Source: Limnochordia bacterium (lineage in GTDB: Bacteria; Bacillota; Limnochordia; DTU080). From it: DNA of 64,000 nucleotides. Every line of letters starts with the position of its first letter. Within the stretch, counting starts at the first letter, position 1. Positions 56,968-64,000 of this stretch are shown here, in pieces. The stretch covers positions 286,117-350,116 of the forward strand of contig JBMNJG010000004.1 in assembly GCA_050951545.1 (NCBI GenBank). Reading direction: 5' to 3'. Below the pieces are notes generated by a model, which was given only the letters and a program-made list of their open reading frames with translations, made no database searches and was not told the origin of the DNA. The position numbers and the translations under genes were made by a program.

Positions 56968-57171
56968 ATGCGCGGTACAGTCAAGTGGTTCAACGGGGAA
57001 AAGGGTTATGGGTTTATCTCGAAGGAAGACGGATCGGGCGACGTGTTCGTTCATTACAGCGCAATCGAGGGTACGGGCTATCGCAACCTGGAGGAAGGCA
57101 TGTCAGTCGAGTTTGAGGTAACACAAGGACAGAAGGGCCCTCAGGCTCAGAACGTCCGCGTCGTCCACTAA
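56968..57171 (+). CDS. cspA: Cold-shock protein
   Basis: [30 protein letters not shown]. Confidence 0.93.
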   Translation: MRGTVKWFNGEKGYGFISKEDGSGDVFVHYSAIEGTGYRNLEEGMSVEFEVTQGQKGPQAQNVRVVH

Positions 57172-57311
57172 AAACCCTGCAAACCCGGGAAGGCCTTTGG
57201 CAGTACCGGGCAACACCTTTCACCTTGCGAACAAGACGGGCGGGGCACCTGATAGGGTGCACGCCCGTTTTCAGCATATGCCGACATAGCACATCCGAGG
57301 GGGTCAAAGGC

Positions 57312-58679
57312 ATGTCATTTGTGGCCCATCTTGACCAAGCAGGAGAAGGCTACATCAAGGAACTTCAGGAATTCCTGCGAATCCCGAGCATCAGTTCGCT
57401 TGCGTCTCACCACGAGGAGTGCCAGCGGGCAAGCGCATGGCTAGCCAGTCGACTCACATTAGCTGGCCTGGAGAACGTATGCATCTACCCGACGGCAGGG
57501 CACCCCATCGTCTACGGAGACTGGTTGCATGCGCCAGGGGCACCGACCATACTGCTCTATGGGCACTACGATGTGCAGCCAGCCGATCCTTTGGAGCTAT
57601 GGAAGACGCTACCTTTTGAGCCGACGATACGCGATGGGCGCCTCTTTGCTCGAGGTGTCAGCGACGACAAGGGCCAGTTACTGCTTCACGTACAGGCGAT
57701 AGAAGCACTTATGAGAGCGGACGGAGCTCTTCCCATTAACATACGCCTTCTTTTTGAAGGCGAAGAGGAGATAGGATCTCCGCATCTGGGCCCGTTCGTC
57801 CGCGCGAATCACTCCCTGCTTCAGGCTGATGTGCTACTGGTTTCAGACACAGGCATGGTCGCCTTGAACGCCCCCACCATCTGCTGTGGTCTTCGGGGCA
57901 TTACAACCCTAGAGATCGGGCTGTACGGGGCCAACACTGATCTCCATTCAGGTCTGTATGGCGGAGGAGTCCCCAATCCCTTGCACGCAATGACACAGTT
58001 GCTGGCCAGTCTACACCATCGAGATGGGCGAGTCGCCGTGGAGGGGTTCTACGATGACGTGGTGGAACTCACCGCTGCAGAGCGGACTCAGTTGGCGGGT
58101 GCTGCTTTGAGCGAATCTGAACTGGCTAAGCGTCTGGGCTTAGTCTCTGTGGCAGCCGAGCCCGGATACACTGCGACGGAGTGTATGAGTATCCGCCCCA
58201 CGGTAGAGATCAATGGTCTCTTCGGAGGGTTCCAGGGCGAAGGCGTGAAAACCGTCATACCAAGACAAGCTCATGCTAAGATAAGTTGTCGTCTTGTTCC
58301 GAATCAGGACCCAGAGGTAACCGTGCGTCGGGTGTCAGAGCATCTGCGCAGCATCTGCCCTCATACAGTACACCTAGACATTCAGGTCGGTCATGGGGGC
58401 AGGCCTTGGGCATGCGATCCTTCGTCACCGGCGTTACAGGCTGCTCGGCGCGCCTTGGAGCAGACCTTTGCGAAGCCTGTCGCTTTTGTACGTATGGGGG
58501 GGTCGATACCAGTCATCGAGGTTTTCGCAGAGGTTCTCCAGGTGCCGATCGTGTTGATGGGCTTTGCGCCTCCCGATGATAACGCTCACGCCCCTAATGA
58601 GAATTTCCCACTGAGCACGTACAGACTGGCACTACAGGCGAGTTGTCGTACGTGGCATGAGATGCGCGCGCTTGCTTAA
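57312..58679 (+). CDS. M20 family dipeptidase
   Basis: YGHYDVQP, ARG.SDDKG, EGEEEIGS, DLHSG, H.PNE. Confidence 0.92.
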   Translation: MSFVAHLDQAGEGYIKELQEFLRIPSISSLASHHEECQRASAWLASRLTLAGLENVCIYPTAGHPIVYGDWLHAPGAPTILLYGHYDVQPADPLELWKTLPFEPTIRDGRLFARGVSDDKGQLLLHVQAIEALMRADGALPINIRLLFEGEEEIGSPHLGPFVRANHSLLQADVLLVSDTGMVALNAPTICCGLRGITTLEIGLYGANTDLHSGLYGGGVPNPLHAMTQLLASLHHRDGRVAVEGFYDDVVELTAAERTQLAGAALSESELAKRLGLVSVAAEPGYTATECMSIRPTVEINGLFGGFQGEGVKTVIPRQAHAKISCRLVPNQDPEVTVRRVSEHLRSICPHTVHLDIQVGHGGRPWACDPSSPALQAARRALEQTFAKPVAFVRMGGSIPVIEVFAEVLQVPIVLMGFAPPDDNAHAPNENFPLSTYRLALQASCRTWHEMRALA

Positions 58680-58720
58680 TCATGGGCCAGAAGCTATGGG
58701 TTTTGGAGAGGTGATTGGCG

Positions 58721-60133
58721 ATGGCCAAAGCTGACGTTGGTTTGATCGGTCTCGCCGTGATGGGCCAGAATCTGGTGCTGAACATGTTGGAAAAGGGGTA
58801 CACCGTAGCCGTCTACAACCGGACGCCGACACGCACAGAGCACTTCGTAGCGAATACGGCGAGTGAGAGGATTCGTCCTGCCTATACGATGGAGGCATTT
58901 GTGCAGCTTCTGGGTCGCCCGCGGAAAGTGGTACTAATGGTACAAGCAGGAATGGCGGTGGACGCCGTGCTCGAAGAGCTCTTGCCATGGCTTTCTCCCG
59001 GGGATGTGATTGTCGACGGGGGAAACTCTTTCTTCCGTGATACCGTGCGTAGAGGCGAGACGCTACGCAAACAAGGCATTCTCTTTCTTGGAACGGGAAT
59101 ATCTGGAGGCGAAGAGGGTGCCTTGAAGGGCCCGAGTATCATGCCAGGCGGGGATCGGGCGGGCTGGGACCTTATGGCCGAGCTGTTAGTGGCGATATCA
59201 GCCAAGGTCGATGGCGAGCCATGCTGTGCCTATCTGGGCAGCGACGGCGTAGGGCACTTCGTGAAGATGGTACATAACGGCATTGAGTACGCAGACATGC
59301 AGCTGATCGCTGAGACCTATCTGGTCACCAAGGATCTGCTGGGATTGTCAGCCACTCAGATGCGTGAGGTTTTTAGTGAGTGGAACCGCGGTGAGCTACA
59401 ATCCTACCTCATAGAGATCACGGCGGGGATCCTGGGAGTGGTGGATAGGGAAACAGGCCAGCCTTTGGTTGAGCTGATTTTGGATGAGGCTGAGCAGAAA
59501 GGGACAGGGAAGTGGAGCGCTCAGGAGGCCCTCAACCTCGGTGTTGCCGCATCCACCATGGCTGAGGCTGTCTTTGCGCGCTTCATCTCGGCGCAGAAAA
59601 AGGAGAGGGTGGCTGCGGCTGCTATACTACCGGGCCCCCAACCTGACGCCCGCTCGTCTGATCTCACCATAGATGCCCTGCACGATGCTCTGCATATGGC
59701 GAGAATCTGCGCCTATGCCCAAGGCTTCAGACTGCTCCAGCAGGCAGCTGCCGAACATGAGTGGGGGTTGGACCTGAGTGACGTGGCCCTCATCTGGCGT
59801 GGCGGATGTATCATTCGTGCTCGGTTTCTGGACCGTATCAAGGACGCCTACCAGAAAGACCCGTCGTTGCCGAGCCTACTGCTCGATGCGTATTTCCGAC
59901 AGGCAGTGACTAAGCGCCAGGCGGGGTTGCGCCAGGTGGTGGCTGAGGCGACGTTGCACGGCTTGCCTGTTCCGGGATTGTCCTCTGCATGCGCCTACTA
60001 TGACTCCTATCGTAAGGAGGTGCTTCCTGCCAACTTGATTCAAGCGCAAAGGGATCTCTTCGGGGCACATACCTACAGACGTACTGACAAGGAAGGCGTT
60101 TTCCACACGGACTGGGCAGAGCAGTTGCACTAG
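58721..60133 (+). CDS. gndA: 6-phosphogluconate dehydrogenase, NADP-dependent
   Basis: GLAVMGQNL, YNRT, KMVHNGIEY, QAQRD.FGAH. Confidence 0.97.
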   Translation: MAKADVGLIGLAVMGQNLVLNMLEKGYTVAVYNRTPTRTEHFVANTASERIRPAYTMEAFVQLLGRPRKVVLMVQAGMAVDAVLEELLPWLSPGDVIVDGGNSFFRDTVRRGETLRKQGILFLGTGISGGEEGALKGPSIMPGGDRAGWDLMAELLVAISAKVDGEPCCAYLGSDGVGHFVKMVHNGIEYADMQLIAETYLVTKDLLGLSATQMREVFSEWNRGELQSYLIEITAGILGVVDRETGQPLVELILDEAEQKGTGKWSAQEALNLGVAASTMAEAVFARFISAQKKERVAAAAILPGPQPDARSSDLTIDALHDALHMARICAYAQGFRLLQQAAAEHEWGLDLSDVALIWRGGCIIRARFLDRIKDAYQKDPSLPSLLLDAYFRQAVTKRQAGLRQVVAEATLHGLPVPGLSSACAYYDSYRKEVLPANLIQAQRDLFGAHTYRRTDKEGVFHTDWAEQLH

Positions 60134-60160
60134 AGCCTCTAGAAGCAGGAGGGAGTAGAG

Positions 60161-61648
60161 CTGACGACCGCACTTGAACCCTGCGTTTTCGTCATTTTCG
60201 GGGCAACTGGCGATCTTGCGCAGCGCAAGCTGTATCCGGCCCTGTACAACCTGTTGGCGGAAGGTCAACTACCTGACAGCTTCGCAGTCGTAGGCATAGG
60301 GCGCCGCCTAGACAATCGAGACGCATTTCTTGAGATGGTCGAGGAATCGGTGACCCGTTTCTCACGTCGTCGTGGGCCCAGGTTGGGGAGCCGTTTCCAC
60401 CGAATGCTTCATTATTACCGCACTGATTTCGCTGATATGGAGGGTTTTCGGAAGCTAGCAGCTTATTTGACTGGGATTGACGAATCCCACCGAACAGGCG
60501 GCAAGCGGATCTACTTTCTAGCCGTCGGGCCCGAGCAATTCGGTCCCATCGCTGATCAGCTTCGAGCGAACGGCATGGTAGCCAACACGAGTGGGTCGTG
60601 GCAAAGACTCATGGTGGAGAAGCCCTTCGGCAACGACTTGGCGACAGCCGAGGTTCTGAATGCACAGATATCCGCCCTGTTCCCAGAGGAAAACATCTTC
60701 CGTATCGATCACTATCTCGGTAAGGAGATGCTGCAGAACTTAGTGACCATCCGTTTCGCCAACTCACTATTTGAACCTTTGTGGAACAATCGATTCATTG
60801 ATAATGTGCAGATAAGCGTGTCTGAAGTCGGAGGTGTAGGCACCCGAGCCCGCTACTATGAGACTGCAGGCGCTTTGCGTGATGTAGTGCAGAACCATCT
60901 GCTGCAGATGCTGGCCCTCACAGCCATGGAAGCTCCGGTGGCCCTGACCCCACGAGCCATTCGAGACGAGAAGGTAAAGGTTCTGCAAGCGATCAAGCCG
61001 ATGACCACTCCTGAGATACACCGCAGTGTCGTGCGGGGTCAGTATGCCAGTGGAACCATTGGCGACAGTGCGGTGGCCGGATATCGTGAAGAGGAGCACG
61101 TGGCACCTGCTTCCGTAACGGAGACATACGTCGCTTTGCGCCTCTTCGTGCAAAACTTCCGCTGGGCAGGAGTACCCTTCTACCTTCGAACTGGCAAGCG
61201 CTTGGCTCGACGCTCGGCTGAAGTGGTCATTGAGTTCAAATCAATGCCCGGTGTGTTGTACTTCGCAGCTGAGCCGCGGCTGCAGCCCAATCTGCTTGTA
61301 ATCAAGGTACAGCCGGAAGAGGGGGTCGCTCTGCAGTTCAATGCGAAGGAGATGGGCACGACAGACGGCATTGTTCCCGTTAAAATGGCTTTTTGCCAAA
61401 ACTGCGAGTTCCCTCACCAGTCACCTGAGGCCTATGAGCGGTTGATTGCTGATGCCATGCGCGGAGATACGACACTATTCACTCGCTGGGATGAGGTCGA
61501 ACACCAATGGAGGTTTATCGACACCATTGCCGCTGCCTGGCAAGACACGACCCCCAGTTTTCCCAACTATGAAGCTGGAAAGTGGGGGCCGCGCGAAGCA
61601 GATGAGCTATTGGAACGCGACGGTCGGCAATGGCACCTGTTGAGCTGA
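60161..61648 (+). CDS. zwf: Glucose-6-phosphate 1-dehydrogenase (CTG start)
   Basis: IFGATGDLA.RKL.PALY upstream of the ORF-track start; EKPFG, RIDHYLGKE, RTGK. Confidence 0.93.
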   Translation: MTTALEPCVFVIFGATGDLAQRKLYPALYNLLAEGQLPDSFAVVGIGRRLDNRDAFLEMVEESVTRFSRRRGPRLGSRFHRMLHYYRTDFADMEGFRKLAAYLTGIDESHRTGGKRIYFLAVGPEQFGPIADQLRANGMVANTSGSWQRLMVEKPFGNDLATAEVLNAQISALFPEENIFRIDHYLGKEMLQNLVTIRFANSLFEPLWNNRFIDNVQISVSEVGGVGTRARYYETAGALRDVVQNHLLQMLALTAMEAPVALTPRAIRDEKVKVLQAIKPMTTPEIHRSVVRGQYASGTIGDSAVAGYREEEHVAPASVTETYVALRLFVQNFRWAGVPFYLRTGKRLARRSAEVVIEFKSMPGVLYFAAEPRLQPNLLVIKVQPEEGVALQFNAKEMGTTDGIVPVKMAFCQNCEFPHQSPEAYERLIADAMRGDTTLFTRWDEVEHQWRFIDTIAAAWQDTTPSFPNYEAGKWGPREADELLERDGRQWHLLS

Positions 61649-61667
61649 CACTGCCGACCGGGTATCT

Positions 61668-62129
61668 CTACTCAGTGACTGCTATCCAATCAAGCGTGAT
61701 GTCGACTCCAGCATCTTTTAGCAGGTTGAAAGCTGGGCAGCGATCCTCAATGGCCACAGCCACTTTCTGAAGCTTCTTGGCGTCGGAGGTGACCACCCGA
61801 ACCGAACCTGTCACCTTCTGAAAATGGCGGCATACACCAGGAACGCCTTCGAGTCCGCGCAAATCGAGCGTACCGCGTATGTCAAACGAAGCACCGTTAT
61901 ATGCGAGTCCCTGTTCTTGGGCGATCATGTTTAGCATAACGGACGCACAACCCGCTAGGCCTGCTAGTACGTACTCCATGGGGTTAGCGCCAGCGTCAGT
62001 GCCACCAAGGTTGGTGGGCTCATCGACGATGAGGTCAAACTGGCGTGCACGCAGATCAGTACGCATTCCTTCTGTCTGCTTGCCGCTCACCCGTAGTGAA
62101 GCGAGCTTTGGCGACGAATCCGTTGTCAT
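61668..62129 (-). CDS. OsmC/Ohr family protein
   Basis: DEP..LGG.D.G.NP.E..LA.L.GC ... RCP. Confidence 0.88.
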   Translation of the reverse strand: MTTDSSPKLASLRVSGKQTEGMRTDLRARQFDLIVDEPTNLGGTDAGANPMEYVLAGLAGCASVMLNMIAQEQGLAYNGASFDIRGTLDLRGLEGVPGVCRHFQKVTGSVRVVTSDAKKLQKVAVAIEDRCPAFNLLKDAGVDITLDWIAVTE

Positions 62130-62333
62130 ATCAACAGCCTCCTCGACGATTGAATACGAGCTGCTCCATAGGATAGCCCATCTTAGGGGTTTCCAACAGT
62201 CTACACTGATCAGACGAGCCAGGCAAGGGGGGATCTCGTCTACAGAACTATCGGAACCAGTTCTACCACGATGACCTGAAGCGGGGGATGCGTAGGCTGT
62301 AGGGGGGCGCTATAGCTGGACCCGGAAGGAATC

Positions 62334-62363
62334 GACCCCGGCCTCTGTGCTCTGGCCGGGGTC
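62334..62363. terminator. Stem-loop downstream of the isomerase gene
   Basis: GACCCCGGCC...GGCCGGGGTC. Confidence 0.55.
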
Positions 62364-62372
62364 AACTTGTTT

Positions 62373-63221
62373 TTACGCCTGTTGCTCTAAGGCCGCCAAG
62401 GCCTGGAGGAGGAACTGGCGGCTATCTCTAATGATGACCTCACCATCTTCAATACTGAAGTCCCCTTCGGTTTCTAGCGAAAGAACACCTCGGTAGCCGT
62501 GCTCATGGAGCACCTTCAGACATCCTACAACGTCGACGTCACCGGCACCCAGGGTAACGCATTGCCTACCTCTGACGTCTTTGACGTGGACATGAACTAC
62601 GTGGTCAACCACCTGTCGTAACACATCAACCTCGTCTTCTTTGGCATTGGTAGATCGCCAGGCGGACCTATCGCCCGTTGACTCCACATAGGCTGCCCGG
62701 TGTACGTTGGCAGTATCGTAGTTGATGCCCAGCCATGGAGAGTCGGAGAGTGCCATGGTTCTCATTAGGCCCTCTGCAGTCAGGGAAAAGGTGCCGTGCG
62801 GCTCAATGGCCAAGAACACCTCGCATTCCTCGGCCACGCTGAGAATCTCGAGAAGCCTTTCTCTGAGCACAGCCCAGGCTTCGTGTTCGCTCATTTCCTT
62901 AGGCTTGAAGCCATCACCTATGTTTACCACGGGTATGCCCGCTTCTTTGGCCCACCGCAGACACTTCTTTGCATACTCCACGCTCTTGCCATCAGGGATG
63001 ATCGCACCGTGGGTGCTCCACAGTGCGGTAGCCCCCCTGAATCCGTGCTTTTCAATCATCTGCCGGAACTCCCCCGGGTGGTCCATATCGACATCGATGT
63101 GAGGACAAAACGGGGGTGTAGCCTGGGGCTCGATGTACTCGTATCCGGCGCGTCGAATGCTCGCGAGGGCCTCCTCGAGGGGGTACTGCCTAAAGGTGAC
63201 GGTCCCGCATCCAATTTTCAC
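62373..63221 (-). CDS. Sugar phosphate isomerase/epimerase (TIM barrel)
   Basis: AIEPH, NYDTAN, HVHVKD, LSLE. Confidence 0.85.
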   Translation of the reverse strand: MKIGCGTVTFRQYPLEEALASIRRAGYEYIEPQATPPFCPHIDVDMDHPGEFRQMIEKHGFRGATALWSTHGAIIPDGKSVEYAKKCLRWAKEAGIPVVNIGDGFKPKEMSEHEAWAVLRERLLEILSVAEECEVFLAIEPHGTFSLTAEGLMRTMALSDSPWLGINYDTANVHRAAYVESTGDRSAWRSTNAKEDEVDVLRQVVDHVVHVHVKDVRGRQCVTLGAGDVDVVGCLKVLHEHGYRGVLSLETEGDFSIEDGEVIIRDSRQFLLQALAALEQQA

Positions 63222-64000
63222 TGTTTGCCACCTCCGAACACGGTTAGTTCCCTGATCAATGCCTCTGTCGCATTGCTTCCCTCTCTCTGCTTTATCTGCA
63301 GCGCATACTGCTTGAACTCCTCTACTGAAACAGGTTGTCGGCCTCTGATTTCCGACAGATAGGCTGCACCTGCTATGGCCAACGATTCGGCTCCAATCTT
63401 CTCATCGCAAGAGGGTCTAGTACCCCCGATGATGCACTTCACGATGTTCTGCAGTTCACCGTAGTAGCCTCCTGGCTCTGGAAAACGCGTCCGATGGAGA
63501 AAACTGGGGGACCAGTAAGGTATGTCCTTTCTGTTGCCATGGGGATCGATAAGCGTCATCTTGTCTCCGGAACCGAACTCGATGCTACCTTTGGTGCCCA
63601 AGATGACTGAGGAGGCGCAGCTGTCCCTGTAACTCCAGGAGCCCTCAATGAAGACTGTTGTCCAGCCACTTTCTCGCTCAAACTCGATGAGAAAGTGAGC
63701 TTCATCCTCAGCTGTGACCCTCTGATAGACGCCATCGACAAGCCTTTCCGGCATCTTGATGCCAATGCCATCGGGCTCCGCACTCTTCACGCGCACTGGC
63801 TTCGCATCGAACCCTATAAGAAACCAAGTGCTGGTTATCCCGTGGATGGCCATATCCATAAGTGATCCGCCACCGCCTACCATAGGATCCCAGTATGAAG
63901 AGGTCAATGCCCCAGGTTCGCCAATGGCCAACGGTAGAAATATGGCTACTGGTTCACCGATAATGCCTGAAGAGATGAACTTGCGAAGGTTATACCAGGA
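63218..64000 (-). CDS. Gfo/Idh/MocA oxidoreductase, C-terminal part (runs off the window)
   Basis: Frame open to the window end (..ISSGIIGEP); GGGSLMDMAIH; ILGTKG. Confidence 0.8.
   Translation of the reverse strand, partial: SWYNLRKFISSGIIGEPVAIFLPLAIGEPGALTSSYWDPMVGGGGSLMDMAIHGITSTWFLIGFDAKPVRVKSAEPDGIGIKMPERLVDGVYQRVTAEDEAHFLIEFERESGWTTVFIEGSWSYRDSCASSVILGTKGSIEFGSGDKMTLIDPHGNRKDIPYWSPSFLHRTRFPEPGGYYGELQNIVKCIIGGTRPSCDEKIGAESLAIAGAAYLSEIRGRQPVSVEEFKQYALQIKQREGSNATEALIRELTVFGGGKQ

Noticed and set aside
1183-63783. Numerous short antisense or alternate-frame ORFs in the track
   Set aside because: They shadow confidently identified genes and show no motifs.

Overview
Chromosomal 64-kb window from an anaerobic, moderately GC-rich Bacillota (Firmicutes) bacterium. 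It is probably diderm and spore-forming, e.g. Limnochordia-like; this is inferred from YmfH/YmfF, YpiB, Firmicutes-type LexA and Rex boxes, an Omp85-type beta-barrel protein and non-lipoprotein solute-binding proteins. Most of the window is housekeeping and metabolic genes (lon, typA, nth, rbsK, eda, fabI, tkt, gndA, zwf, rnhA, trimeric [FeFe]-hydrogenase, transporters). No rRNA, tRNA, CRISPR array or transposase was recognised. The stand-out locus is 8770-11031. It has a TPR protein fused to a degenerate HD-GYP domain, followed by a separately promoted, Sec-secreted pre-peptide carrying three copies of GPMLPGGSW. A divergent small acidic gene with a perfect sigmaA promoter lies upstream. The locus looks like an RRNPP/Rap-Phr-style peptide-sensing system with a cyclic-dinucleotide-type output domain. 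The second notable feature is a modular dispersed repeat family (about 10 full or partial copies) ending in a TTTTC-N-GAGGAG-like motif that often supplies the ribosome-binding site of the next gene. Smaller points are a frameshifted nagB, a CTG start for zwf, a leaderless typA, an orphan LexA-controlled imuB-like gene and a degenerate JAB-TM-LysM fusion. Everything was read by eye; no database searches were run.
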